A stretch of DNA of 64,000 nucleotides from an uncultured delta proteobacterium (GTDB lineage Bacteria > Desulfobacterota > Desulfobacteria > Desulfobacterales > SG8-13): the NCBI GenBank assembly GCA_963848135.1, contig CAWKCK010000003.1, positions 248,001 to 312,000 on the forward strand, given 5' to 3'. Shown in pieces: positions 37,217 to 47,452 of the stretch. The notes beneath the pieces were generated by a model that did not search any database, was not told the origin of the DNA, and saw only the letters and a program-made list of their open reading frames with translations. A program made the position numbers and the translations under genes. The stretch's first letter is position 1, and each line of letters begins with the position of its first letter.

Positions 37217-37768
37217 TCAGCGTTTGTCTATCTTCATGCCTTTCAAGACCGCGAACTGGGGATTAACGAATGGGCGCTCGCAACCGCAGCCTCCCTGGTT
37301 CAGATCGGCCCCGCAGTGGGGACAGAGACCCTTGCAATCGGCCCGGCAAAGTGTTCGCATGGGCAGAACCATCACAACCTCTTCCTGGATCGCATTGCGC
37401 AGGTCGATTTCATTGCCTTGGAATTGAATCATTCCAATCTCTTCGGCCTGGAGGTCGATCTCCTCATGCAGCGCCGGATCGGCAGTTTCCGGCAGTTGCC
37501 GAATGTAGGTCAGGTTGAATTCTGAGGTGAGGGGCGCCTCATACGTCTCGAGGCAGCGGCTACAAGTGAGACGAATTCGGGTATCGAAACTCCCGACAAC
37601 TTCAAACAGGTCACCGATAGGCCGTAATAAGATACGGATACTGAGGGATGTGAGGAAAGCACACTCATTTTTAGCGGCAATTTCTTGAAGTGCCGGAAAG
37701 GAATCAGCGTTCTCTTCAAACTCCAGGCTCAGACCGTTTTCATTGAGATCATCGATATGAACGCGCAT
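37217..37768 (-). CDS. yceD: YceD/DUF177 family protein
   Basis: CSRCLE and LCRADCKGLCPHCGADLN motifs; GGAGGG RBS. Confidence 0.92.
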   Translation of the reverse strand: MRVHIDDLNENGLSLEFEENADSFPALQEIAAKNECAFLTSLSIRILLRPIGDLFEVVGSFDTRIRLTCSRCLETYEAPLTSEFNLTYIRQLPETADPALHEEIDLQAEEIGMIQFQGNEIDLRNAIQEEVVMVLPMRTLCRADCKGLCPHCGADLNQGGCGCERPFVNPQFAVLKGMKIDKR

Positions 37769-37809
37769 AAGGCCCTCCTAAAGGGGTCGGCTTTAAGCCT
37801 GCGGCAATT

Positions 37810-37980
37810 TAATAGGCTGTTGAAAAACAATTGCGTTTGACAATACGGTGTTAATGGCTGAACCGCGGGGCCCTACCCCCGCTTCAGGGAAAATGCTCAT
37901 TTATCAAAAATAAACTCCGCTTTTTCGTCGGATTTTGCCTTGTCTTGCCAGCACTCCTGACTTTTTTCAACACCCTGTTA
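37810..37980 (-). mobile_element. 171 bp MITE with TAA.AGG.TGTTGAAAAA inverted ends
   Basis: taataggctgttgaaaaa versus reverse complement of the right end taacagggtgttgaaaaa (16/18). Confidence 0.75.
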
Positions 37981-38145
37981 AGCCATCGGTCGACTCGGCT
38001 TTTCGACTCATGGTGTCTAATTTGATTGCGAAGGCCCGTTTAATATTGTAAATGTAACTTTTATCCCGTTTCTTTGCAATCCGGTAATTGATGTGCTGAT
38101 GGTCGGCCATGAAAGTCCGGCCCATAACAACCATTTTCATCCGAA

Positions 38146-38823
38146 ATGTTGGATATTGCCAAAAAATTAGATCGATTGGCGGATATTTACGAAAGCTATG
38201 CCGAGCAAGTGCACGTTTACCAGCAAGTCGCCGCCTGCAAAGCGGGATGCGCTTATTGCTGCACACACTACGGCAACCTGGACATAACGACGCTGGAAGG
38301 CCTTTCCATCCGGTATCACGTCGAAACCTTGCCGCGGCCGTTGCAGATCCGAATCCGAAAATCCGCTCAGCGAAACAAAAAACGAAAAGAAAAACGCCTG
38401 CCTTCCGATTGCCCGTTTTTAAGTCCTGAGAAAACCTGTATGGTCTATGAGACAAGGCCGCTCAGTTGCCGTCAGCTCTATTCGGTCAAGGTTTGTGAAA
38501 AAGCCGGAACCGGTCCAGTGATTCATCGCCTGGCTGTAACTGTCACCCGACAATACGTGCAGAAAATGCAGCAATTGGACGTAACCGGCTATTCAGGCCA
38601 TTTGACGTATATTTTGCATCTCTTGGACAGGCGCGACTTCCAGTCCATATACCTGTCCGGCGCGTATGATCCACAACGGATCGCCGCCTTCGGGAAATCG
38701 CACGGAATTCTCATCAACCAGGTTGTATCCCAAAATGAAACCGGGACCAATTTTCATCACCCGAAAGCGTCACAACGTATTGAGGATGATGCAGAAACTT
38801 GTTATACCGCTTTTCAAAAATAA
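38146..38823 (+). CDS. YkgJ-family cysteine-cluster protein
   Basis: CKAGCAYCC, CPFL, CMVYETRPLSCR. Confidence 0.85.
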   Translation: MLDIAKKLDRLADIYESYAEQVHVYQQVAACKAGCAYCCTHYGNLDITTLEGLSIRYHVETLPRPLQIRIRKSAQRNKKRKEKRLPSDCPFLSPEKTCMVYETRPLSCRQLYSVKVCEKAGTGPVIHRLAVTVTRQYVQKMQQLDVTGYSGHLTYILHLLDRRDFQSIYLSGAYDPQRIAAFGKSHGILINQVVSQNETGTNFHHPKASQRIEDDAETCYTAFQK

Positions 38824-38902
38824 ATTTCGAAATACGGAAGGGCGGTATAAGCGGTTGTAAAAAAACGTTCGAATAACGGAACGTTTTTTACAACCACTAT
38901 AA
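38802..38902. repeat. ~100 bp double-hairpin dispersed repeat, copy 2
   Basis: Stems ttataccgc/gcggtataa and ggttgtaaaaaa..cgttc/gaacgttttttacaacc; homologous to 11501-11604; overlaps the YkgJ stop codon. Confidence 0.85.
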
Positions 38903-38929
38903 GCGTTCAGGGGGAGTTGAGGTAATCAT

Positions 38930-40675
38930 ATGAAAAAATCAGATAAAACAAAGAAATTCGGAGCAGATGCCAACGACCCAAAAACTGCCGATGCACCGGC
39001 AGCGCCTTCCAATTTCATCCGCACCATAATCGACGAAGATATGAAAACCGGGAAATGGGACGGGCGGGTAATGACCCGCTTCCCGCCCGAACCGAACGGT
39101 TACCTCCATATGGGCCACGCCAAATCCATCTGCCTCAATTTTGGCCTGGCGGCCGATTACGGGGGCCTCTGCAACCTGCGGTTTGACGATACCGATCCTG
39201 CCAAGGAAAGTACCGAATACGTTGATTCTATAAAGAAAGATGTTCGTTGGTTGGGCTTCGACTGGGAAGATAGAGAGTACTACGCCTCAAATTACTTCGA
39301 ACAGCTTTATCAATTTGCCTTGCAACTGATTCGAAATGGTTGGGCATACATTGACAGCCTCAGCGCAAATGAGATTCGTGAGTACAGGGGTACGCTGACC
39401 CAGCCCGGCCGCGAAAGCCCTTACAGAGAACGTTCAATTGAAGAAAACCTTGATCTCTTCTCACGTATGAGGGCTGGGGAATTCCCGGAGGGCGCCCACG
39501 TGCTGCGGGCCAAAATAGATATGGCCTCGCCAAACCTGCTCATGCGCGACCCAACCCTTTACCGCATCAAGCACGTGTCTCACTATCGCACCGGTGATGA
39601 TTGGTGTATCTACCCCATGTACGATTTCACCCATTGCCTATCCGACTCCATGGAGGGTATCACCCATTCCAACTGTACCTTGGAGTTCGAAAACAATCGT
39701 GAACTCTATGACTGGGTCCTGGACACACTGAAGGTCTACCATCCACAGCAAATCGAGTTTGCCCGCCTCAACCTGTCATACACCGTTCTGAGCAAACGCA
39801 AACTTATCACCCTGGTCGAGGGCGGTCATGTCGACGGCTGGGACGACCCGCGCCTGCCGACACTGTCGGGCATCCGCCGGCGCGGCTACCCACCGGCAGC
39901 CATTCGAAACTTTTGCGACCGGATCGGTGTGGCAAAGAGCAACAGCATGGTCGATATGGCTCTACTCGATTACAGTGTTCGGGAAGAATTGAACAAAACC
40001 GCTCCCCGGGTGATGGCCGTGTTGAACCCGCTCAAAGTCGTACTGACGAACTACCCTGAAGACCAGGTTGAGGAGTTGGTGGCGGAGAACAATCCGGAAG
40101 ATCCGGATGCGGGGACACGGTTATTGCCGTTTTCGAAGACCCTTTATGTTGAGAGGGACGATTTCCGGGAAGACCCTCCCCGAAAATGGTTTCGCCTGGC
40201 CCCGGGAAAAGAAGTCCGTTTGAAGCATGCCTACTACATCGTCTGCCAAGAGGTGGTGAAAGACGAGAACTCGGGAGAGGTCGTCGAACTTCGGTGCACC
40301 TATGACCCGGAAACACGCGGGGGATGGAGTCAGGATGGCCGTAAGGTCAAAGGTACGCTACACTGGGTCTCGGCAGCCCACGCTGTCGCGACAGAGGTCC
40401 GCCTTTACGAAAGCCTTTTTTCCAAAGAAAACCCCAACGAAGTGGAAGAGGGTAAAGATTTCACCGATTACATCAACCCAAACTCACTGCACGTATTGAC
40501 AGACTGTCTCGTCGAACCCAGTTTGGCACAGGCCGCTCCGGGAAACCTGTTTCAATTTATGCGGTTGGGATATTATTGTGTCGACACCAAATATTCGACA
40601 CCTCAGAAACCGGTTTTCAATCGCACGGTGACGCTGCGGGATACCTGGGCGAAAATCGCGAAAAAGCGATCGTGA
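38930..40675 (+). CDS. glnS: Glutamine--tRNA ligase
   Basis: [62 protein letters not shown]. Confidence 0.97.
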   Translation: MKKSDKTKKFGADANDPKTADAPAAPSNFIRTIIDEDMKTGKWDGRVMTRFPPEPNGYLHMGHAKSICLNFGLAADYGGLCNLRFDDTDPAKESTEYVDSIKKDVRWLGFDWEDREYYASNYFEQLYQFALQLIRNGWAYIDSLSANEIREYRGTLTQPGRESPYRERSIEENLDLFSRMRAGEFPEGAHVLRAKIDMASPNLLMRDPTLYRIKHVSHYRTGDDWCIYPMYDFTHCLSDSMEGITHSNCTLEFENNRELYDWVLDTLKVYHPQQIEFARLNLSYTVLSKRKLITLVEGGHVDGWDDPRLPTLSGIRRRGYPPAAIRNFCDRIGVAKSNSMVDMALLDYSVREELNKTAPRVMAVLNPLKVVLTNYPEDQVEELVAENNPEDPDAGTRLLPFSKTLYVERDDFREDPPRKWFRLAPGKEVRLKHAYYIVCQEVVKDENSGEVVELRCTYDPETRGGWSQDGRKVKGTLHWVSAAHAVATEVRLYESLFSKENPNEVEEGKDFTDYINPNSLHVLTDCLVEPSLAQAAPGNLFQFMRLGYYCVDTKYSTPQKPVFNRTVTLRDTWAKIAKKRS

Positions 40676-40784
40676 CGGCGTGAGGAAGCGTCTTCATGTG
40701 ACCATCGAATTTACTTATCCCGTTTCGATTTCAGCATTGAGCCGGGCCATAGCCTCACCCGCAACTCGTATCCCACAACCCGTC

Positions 40785-41639
40785 TCACTCAAAAACCATT
40801 CCCACATATCCCACGAAACTGTCCCCCGGGCTTTTGTCATAGCTGGTGGCGTATGACGTGTTCAACGCCCGGGTAGCCCCTAAGCTTTTTACCGCCGCAA
40901 TAGCCGTTGCGGCAGCACCGGCGCAGCAGGCATTCTGATTGGCCAACGCCTCTCCTATCACCTTTTCGGGATCCATGGCCAGCATGGCAGAAATGATTTG
41001 AGAATCATTGGTTTTTTTAACCCACTCCACAGCCGCTTCGCCGGAACCCCGGGAAGTAAAGCCATAGTTGCGTCCATAATGGGTCAGATCCGTGGATCCA
41101 ATGACCTGAATGGTCAGATCCAGATCGGCCGCAAATGCAACCGCGGCGCGACCGATTTCCAGCGACTTCTTGATCGGCGGCACGCCGATGGGGACCAGTT
41201 TTGTTTGGGGAAAAAAATATTTGATGAAGGGTAACTGCAACTCGATGGTATTGTCCGGCGTGTAGGATCGTGCGGTTTCCACCTGGAAATCAAAGCGCTC
41301 TATCAGTTTTTCTGCCAGAGTTTCATGAATCTGAATCTCGCCGAGAGGCGTGTCCCAGGCACCGTCGGTCATTATGTAAGCAACCGATTTTTCATGTAAA
41401 TGCATGCCGAAAACAACCATGACATCGGGAGCGGTTCCCTTGGACAAAGCATTGATCACATTGCAGGCGATACTTCCGGAATAGAACCAACCGGCATGGG
41501 GAACGATGCCGCCACGATAGTTCCCAGCTTGAGATACAGTGTCGTTGCCTTCTTGCAGAAACCGTCTAATTTCACGTTCACAATTCGCCGGATCGTCCGG
41601 ATACCAGCTCCCGGCAAAATCAGCCTTTCGTGTCAACAT
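40785..41639 (-). CDS. amrB: AmmeMemoRadiSam system protein B (MEMO1 family)
   Basis: AGSWYP, VPHAGWFYSG, WDTPLG, IELQLPF, STDLTHYG, SFVGY. Confidence 0.92.
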   Translation of the reverse strand: MLTRKADFAGSWYPDDPANCEREIRRFLQEGNDTVSQAGNYRGGIVPHAGWFYSGSIACNVINALSKGTAPDVMVVFGMHLHEKSVAYIMTDGAWDTPLGEIQIHETLAEKLIERFDFQVETARSYTPDNTIELQLPFIKYFFPQTKLVPIGVPPIKKSLEIGRAAVAFAADLDLTIQVIGSTDLTHYGRNYGFTSRGSGEAAVEWVKKTNDSQIISAMLAMDPEKVIGEALANQNACCAGAAATAIAAVKSLGATRALNTSYATSYDKSPGDSFVGYVGMVFE

Positions 41640-41717
41640 GTCTGGCCTCCTTGCTTTTGTCACCGGTTCGTATTTTTAGTGAATGTCAGAATTATATTCC
41701 GCTTGGCTCTATTTTAG

Positions 41718-41843
41718 AATCCCCCGTTCCCTCTTTGTCAAAGGGGGAACGGGTATAGACCTGAAGTGTTTCAACACAACGCGTGACAAGTGGGGATGCC
41801 GGTGTGCTGGAATTTCCCCTTTCAGAAAGGGGCAGGGGGGATT
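41718..41843. repeat. Inverted pair of REP-like elements
   Basis: aatcccccgttccctctttgtcaaaggggga ... ttcccctttcagaaaggggcaggggggatt. Confidence 0.7.
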
Positions 41844-42086
41844 TTCTCCCGTCGCATACACCCTCCAATCAGAATATATATATGACAACAGCTATATCAT
41901 TGTATACCAGCAAACTTAAATCAGGTTCGGCTGAATGACAACGGAAAACTCACCGCCCCTTTGCAGGCCTTTTATTTCCTCAAAGCATGACTATTATATT
42001 AAATTGGACGCGACACATATTATATTAATTCCGTTGTTTCAAATTCAACCGCTCTGTTGAGATGAAAACAGCACGGGAGGAACATC

Positions 42087-42914
42087 ATGTGGGAATATAC
42101 TGAAAAGGTGAAAGATCACTTTCTCAACCCTCGAAATGTCGGCGTCATCGAGGACGCCGACGGTGTGGGTGAAGTCGGTTCTCTGGCCTGCGGCGATGCA
42201 CTCAAACTGACCTTCAAGCTGGACGATAACGGCAGGATCGATGACGTCAAGTTTCAAACATTCGGCTGTGCCAGCGCCATTGCCTCATCCTCGGCCCTGA
42301 CCGAAATGATCAAAGGCCTGAAGATCGAAGAAGCCGCCAAGATAACCAACGAAGACATTGCCAAATATCTTGGCGACCTGCCTAAAGAAAAAATGCATTG
42401 TTCGGTCATGGGACGGGACGCGCTCGAAAAAGCCATCACTTACTACCGGGGAGAGGAAGAAAAAAAGATCGACGGTGAAATTGTATGCGAATGCTTCGGC
42501 GTCACGGATCGTGAGATCGAACGTGCCGTCAAAGAAAACAGCCTGAGAACCATTGAAGATGTGACCGATTACGTCAAAGCCGGGGGCGGTTGCGGCAACT
42601 GTCACGACCGGATCCAGGAAATCATCGATTCGATCATCGGAACCGATCGCCCAGTGGTCAAAAAGAAGGCCAAACTGACCAACATTCAGAAAATCAAACT
42701 TATCGAAGAGACCCTGGAGCGGGAAATAAAACCGGCGTTAGAAAAGGACGGCGGCGGCATCGAGCTCGTCGATGTCGACGGCAATACGGTCATTGTGCGG
42801 TTATGCGGAAACTGTGCGGCCTGCAACGCCTCACAAGTCACACTGAAAAATTATGTCGAATCCAAACTTCAGGAATTGGTGACGCCTGATCTAATTGTAG
42901 AGGAGGTGGCCTGA
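42087..42914 (+). CDS. nifU: Fe-S cluster assembly scaffold NifU
   Basis: MWEYTEKVKDHF, GSLACGDAL, TFGCASA, KMHCSVMG, CECF/GGCGNC and C-terminal Nfu CxxC. Confidence 0.96.
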   Translation: MWEYTEKVKDHFLNPRNVGVIEDADGVGEVGSLACGDALKLTFKLDDNGRIDDVKFQTFGCASAIASSSALTEMIKGLKIEEAAKITNEDIAKYLGDLPKEKMHCSVMGRDALEKAITYYRGEEEKKIDGEIVCECFGVTDREIERAVKENSLRTIEDVTDYVKAGGGCGNCHDRIQEIIDSIIGTDRPVVKKKAKLTNIQKIKLIEETLEREIKPALEKDGGGIELVDVDGNTVIVRLCGNCAACNASQVTLKNYVESKLQELVTPDLIVEEVA

Positions 42915-44098
42915 TGAAAGTGGTCTATGTCGACAACAATGCCACGACCCGCGTGGCGCCGGAAGTGCTCGACGCGATGCTGCCGTATCTCACGGAACGC
43001 TATGGCAATCCTTCCAGCATGCACAGCTTCGGCGGTACTGTGGGTTTCGATATCAGAGAAGCGCGCGCACGGGTCGCTGCACTCATCGGCGCTTCGCCTG
43101 AAGAAATCGTATTCACGAGCTGCGGCACGGAAAGCGACAGTTCGGCCATATGGGCGACCCTTAATTCGTATCCGGAAAAAAAGCATATCGTCACGACCCG
43201 CGTCGAACATCCTGCCATTAAAAGCCTCTGTGAATCGCTGGCCAAAAAAGGGTACCGGGTGACCTTTGTCCCGGTAGACGAAAGCGGAAACCTGGATACC
43301 GAATATCTCTACCGCCACCTCACCGACGATACGGCGATTGTCAGTGTCATGTGGGCCAACAACGAAACCGGCGTCATCTTCCCGATCCGGGAAATTGCCG
43401 AACAGGTCAAGGCGCGGGGGATTGTCTTTCACTCCGATGCGGTCCAGGCCGCTGGTAAGATTCCCTTGAACATGGCAACGGACGGCGTGGACATGCTCTC
43501 CATTTCCGGCCACAAAATCCACGCTGCCAAAGGTGTGGGGGTTCTTTACGTTCGTAAGGGTACCAAGTTTTCACCTTTCCTCATCGGAGGGCACCAGGAA
43601 CATGGAAGGCGCGGGGGCACCGAAAATACGGCATCGATCATCGGGCTTGGCAAGGCCTGCGAATTGGCACAAAAGAGTTTTCGGAAGGACATGGAACGCG
43701 TCGCGCAGCTGCGCAATAAACTGGAGTCCGAACTCCTCAAGCGAGTCCCCAATGCACTCATCAACGGTGATCCCTCACACCGCCTGCCGAACACCACCAG
43801 TATCGCCTTTGAATATGTAGAGGGTGAATCCATATTGTTGATGATGAACGAGTTTGGGATCTGCGCTTCATCCGGTTCCGCATGTACATCCGGCTCTTTG
43901 GAACCCTCACATGTCCTGCGGGCGATGGGGGTGCCGTTCACCGCCGCGCACGGTTCTATTAGATTCAGTTTGAGTACCTATACCAATGAGGAAGAGATTG
44001 ACTATATCATCGAAAAATTACCCCCGATTATTGAACGGCTGCGGAGCATGTCACCCTACTGGAAGGAAGCGGCGAAGGAAACGGCAAACGTAAAATAA
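42914..44098 (+). CDS. nifS: Cysteine desulfurase NifS
   Basis: DNNATT, YGNPSS, SGHKIH, SSGSACTSGSLEPSHVL. Confidence 0.96.
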   Translation: MKVVYVDNNATTRVAPEVLDAMLPYLTERYGNPSSMHSFGGTVGFDIREARARVAALIGASPEEIVFTSCGTESDSSAIWATLNSYPEKKHIVTTRVEHPAIKSLCESLAKKGYRVTFVPVDESGNLDTEYLYRHLTDDTAIVSVMWANNETGVIFPIREIAEQVKARGIVFHSDAVQAAGKIPLNMATDGVDMLSISGHKIHAAKGVGVLYVRKGTKFSPFLIGGHQEHGRRGGTENTASIIGLGKACELAQKSFRKDMERVAQLRNKLESELLKRVPNALINGDPSHRLPNTTSIAFEYVEGESILLMMNEFGICASSGSACTSGSLEPSHVLRAMGVPFTAAHGSIRFSLSTYTNEEEIDYIIEKLPPIIERLRSMSPYWKEAAKETANVK

Positions 44099-44547
44099 GG
44101 GCCCACCCAACTTCGCTACGCCAATATTCCTACGGATGTTCGAATCGTTTTAACGGCCTGTTAGGTGGTGCTCGCCGATACGGGCATTGCCCTTATGGCG
44201 CAGAGACCCTGTTGCTTCGCCGTAACCGCTATAGATATCCACAGTTTAACACCCTATATTCCCTCACTTGATTCGCCTGCAAAGAAGTTCTTTACAAATT
44301 CAATTTACGCGCCGTTTTCTAAAACCATAGGATGGAATCCTTTTCTTTCTTTATTCTGCGTTGTAACCAAGTTTACATGCTGGGGTTGCTGATCACCCTT
44401 TCCTCCTCAGGGGTCGCGAAAACTCCGCGAGTGTTGAAATAAGTGACCTGCCTTTTCTGGCTCCCTTTTTGGTCTTGCCTGGAGGGGAAATCGGGTGTAA
44501 TAGAGGATTCTTAATAAATCCAGAATGATCAGAGAGAGTGAGGACAC

Positions 44548-46140
44548 ATGTACAAAGTGATGATTCGGGACAATATGTCCCCAGTGGCCAAAGAGATCCT
44601 CGAATCGACCGGTAAGATCGAAGTGGTCGTGGACAACGAGAAGACAACCGGTAGCCCGGAGGCACTGTTAAAAATATTCGATGAATTCGATGGGTTGGCC
44701 ATCCGCAGCGGTACCACGGTAACCGCCCATTCCCTCGAAAAAACGGGCCGCCTGAAGGTCATCGGCCGTGCCGGCATCGGTGTGGATAATGTCGATGTAA
44801 CAGCGGCAACCGAACACGGAATCGTCGTCATGAATGCGCCGGGAGGCAACACGGTGACCACCGCCGAGCATGCCATCTCACTCATGCTCTCCCTGGCACG
44901 CAACATCCCCCAGGCCACCGCTTCCATGCGGGAAGGCCGATGGGAAAAAAAGCAGTTAGCCGGCGTCGAAATCACCGGAAAGACACTCGGTATCATCGGG
45001 CTCGGACACATCGGGCGGGTGGTGGCCGAAAGAGCCCAGGGGTTGAAGATGAAGGTCATCGCCTCCGATCCTTTTGTCAGCACGGAAGCCGCCCGACAAT
45101 TGGGCGTCGAGTTGATGCCGATGGAAAGTTTATTACCGGCTGCGGATTTTATCACCCTGCATGTACCGCGCATGAAGGAAACAATCAATCTGATCAACGC
45201 GAACAGTCTTGCGCAAATGAAACCTGGCGTGCGTGTCATTAACTGTTCGCGGGGGGAAATCGTGGACATAGAAGCTCTTCTCGCGGCCCTTGAGAGCGGA
45301 CATGTGAGCGGTGCCGCCCTGGACGTCTTACCTAAGGAGCCACCCGATCCATCGCTGGCAATTCTAAAAGATCCACGGGTCATCTTTACCCCACACCTCG
45401 GTGCCAGTACGGGCGAAGCCCAGGACAAGGTCGCCGACATGATCGCCCACCAAATGGCTGATTATCTAATCAACGGGGTCATCACCAATGCGGTCAATTT
45501 CCCTTCCGTGTCCCAGGAGGTTATGGAACAGATTCGACCCTACCTTGATCTCGTCGAAAAAATGGGCTCGCTCATGGGCCAGTTGATCAGAAAGCCCCAT
45601 GACGTAACGATCACTTATAGCGGTGATGTCACCCGATTTGATACCCGACCGCTGACGCATGCGGCTCTGAAAGGCCTGCTCGGAGCTTTCACCGATAAAC
45701 CGGTGAATTATGTCAGTGCACCGGCGATCGCGCTGGAAAAGGGAATTCACGTACGGGAAACCACCAGCCAGGCCAAAGCGGATTTTTCGAACCTGGTCAA
45801 GATCAAATTGGAAGGTTCGGCGGAAGAAACCGATGAAATTTGGGGAACGATTTTCAGTAAAAAATACCCCCGATTCGTCCGGTTAGGAAAAATATATATG
45901 GATGCCATTCCGGGGGGATCGATGATCGTGATTCAGAATATCGACCGGCCGGGAGTCATCGGTAACGTCGGAACCACACTGGGCCGCCACAACATCAACA
46001 TCGGGCGGTTCCAACTGGGGAGGCTCCGGGATCGAGCGTTGTGTATGGTTAATATCGATACCGCGGCCGATGATAATGTTCTTGAAGACATCAGGGCCCT
46101 ACCGAATATTCTCACCGTAACTCAGGTGCATCTGGGTTGA
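44548..46140 (+). CDS. serA: D-3-phosphoglycerate dehydrogenase
   Basis: GRAGIGVDN, TTAEH, GLGHIG, TPHLGAST, C-terminal ACT (DRPGVIG). Confidence 0.95.
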   Translation: MYKVMIRDNMSPVAKEILESTGKIEVVVDNEKTTGSPEALLKIFDEFDGLAIRSGTTVTAHSLEKTGRLKVIGRAGIGVDNVDVTAATEHGIVVMNAPGGNTVTTAEHAISLMLSLARNIPQATASMREGRWEKKQLAGVEITGKTLGIIGLGHIGRVVAERAQGLKMKVIASDPFVSTEAARQLGVELMPMESLLPAADFITLHVPRMKETINLINANSLAQMKPGVRVINCSRGEIVDIEALLAALESGHVSGAALDVLPKEPPDPSLAILKDPRVIFTPHLGASTGEAQDKVADMIAHQMADYLINGVITNAVNFPSVSQEVMEQIRPYLDLVEKMGSLMGQLIRKPHDVTITYSGDVTRFDTRPLTHAALKGLLGAFTDKPVNYVSAPAIALEKGIHVRETTSQAKADFSNLVKIKLEGSAEETDEIWGTIFSKKYPRFVRLGKIYMDAIPGGSMIVIQNIDRPGVIGNVGTTLGRHNINIGRFQLGRLRDRALCMVNIDTAADDNVLEDIRALPNILTVTQVHLG

Positions 46141-46230
46141 CCGAAGCGCCTCGCGGCCCCCTATCAACACATTGCCCATTCCGGTATGGGGCCAATAGAT
46201 GCCAGCCGGTTTGCACACTACCGGGCGCAT

Positions 46231-46264
46231 AAAAAAGGGGCGACCATTTCGGCCAGCCCCTTTT
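46231..46264. terminator. Probable bidirectional terminator between convergent serA and dsrP
   Basis: aaaaaaggggc...gcccctttt hairpin flanked by A- and T-runs. Confidence 0.6.
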
Positions 46265-46290
46265 CATTTTTTTTGGTTGTAATTCTATCC

Positions 46291-47445
46291 CTATTGCACC
46301 TCCTCCTTGACCGAAATCGCTATTTTGTAGAGTGCGGTAAGAACGAGGAACCCGAGGCACCAGATCGCCAGGGCTATGATCAGCTCGGGAATGGTCGGGA
46401 TGTATTCATTGACTTCGTGCAGCGGATTGGGAACGAATCCGCCGGAGATCATTCCCAGCCCCTTGTCGATCCATGTGCCCGCAAAAATGGCGACACACGC
46501 TACTGCCAGCACGCCTTCATTCTTGCGTGTCACCGGATTGACAAGCAGAATGATGCCAAGCAGCATCAATGCCATGGCGGTCCACATCCAGGGCACATAG
46601 GTTGCGTGTCCATGCAGTCCGGCAAACAGGTAGGTGAGGTGGTCCATGTGTTCGGGGATCTGGCTGTAGAAAACGGTGAAGACTTCACATAGAAGGAAGA
46701 ACACGTTCAGGCATATGGCATAGGCCACGGTCTTTGCCAAGGTTTGGATCTGTTTGCGCCCGGGATCGAAGTTGGTCGTTTTGCGGATGAAAAGGCACAA
46801 CAAGATCAACAGGGCCGGTCCGGCGGCAAAAGCCGAAGCAAGAAAGCGCGGGGCCATGATGGCCGTCAACCAGAATCCACGGCCGGGCAAACCGGCGTAC
46901 AGGTAGGCGGTCACGGTATGGATGCTGACAGCCCACGGTATGGATAGGTAGATCAGTGGTTTGAGCCAGGGCTTATAATGAACGCCGTTGCGTTCGGCTT
47001 CCAGTACGTTCCAACCGACCACGATGTTTATAAAAAGATACCCGTTGAGAACGATCGTATCCCAGAAGAGCACCGAGTGCAGGGTCGGGTAGAGCCACAC
47101 GTTGAAAATCCGCATTGGCTGACCGAGATCGACGATGATAAACGTCAGGCACATGACCAGGGAGGCGATGGCGAGGAATTCACCCAGAATGGTGATCCGG
47201 CCGTAGGCCTTGTAATCGTGGAGATAATAGGGCAGAACCACCATCACGCCTCCGGCCGCCACGCCGACCAGGAACGTGAACTGGGCGATGTAAAACCCCC
47301 AGGAAACATCGCGGCTCATGCCGGTAATGCCGAGGCCGAAGTCCAGCTGCTTCAGATATGTCAGGAATCCGACCCCGACAATGGCGAGCAGAAGGCCCAT
47401 CCAACCGTAATATCTCTTACTTCCTTTAAGCGCTAATTCAAGCAT
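46291..47445 (-). CDS. dsrP: DsrP, NrfD/PsrC-family membrane subunit
   Basis: TGMSRDVSWGFYIAQFTFLVGVAAG, VDLGQP, SIHTVTA; last gene of dsrMKJOP. Confidence 0.96.
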   Translation of the reverse strand: MLELALKGSKRYYGWMGLLLAIVGVGFLTYLKQLDFGLGITGMSRDVSWGFYIAQFTFLVGVAAGGVMVVLPYYLHDYKAYGRITILGEFLAIASLVMCLTFIIVDLGQPMRIFNVWLYPTLHSVLFWDTIVLNGYLFINIVVGWNVLEAERNGVHYKPWLKPLIYLSIPWAVSIHTVTAYLYAGLPGRGFWLTAIMAPRFLASAFAAGPALLILLCLFIRKTTNFDPGRKQIQTLAKTVAYAICLNVFFLLCEVFTVFYSQIPEHMDHLTYLFAGLHGHATYVPWMWTAMALMLLGIILLVNPVTRKNEGVLAVACVAIFAGTWIDKGLGMISGGFVPNPLHEVNEYIPTIPELIIALAIWCLGFLVLTALYKIAISVKEEVQ

Positions 47446-47452
47446 AACCACC

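Noticed and set aside
42087..44098. nifU-nifS as evidence of nitrogen fixation
   Set aside because: No nifHDK in the window; NIF-type Fe-S assembly is a housekeeping system in many anaerobes.
44094..44200. ataagggc...gcccttat inverted repeat after nifS as an ncRNA
   Set aside because: Only an 8-bp terminal match, with no recognisable family motif and no second copy in the window.
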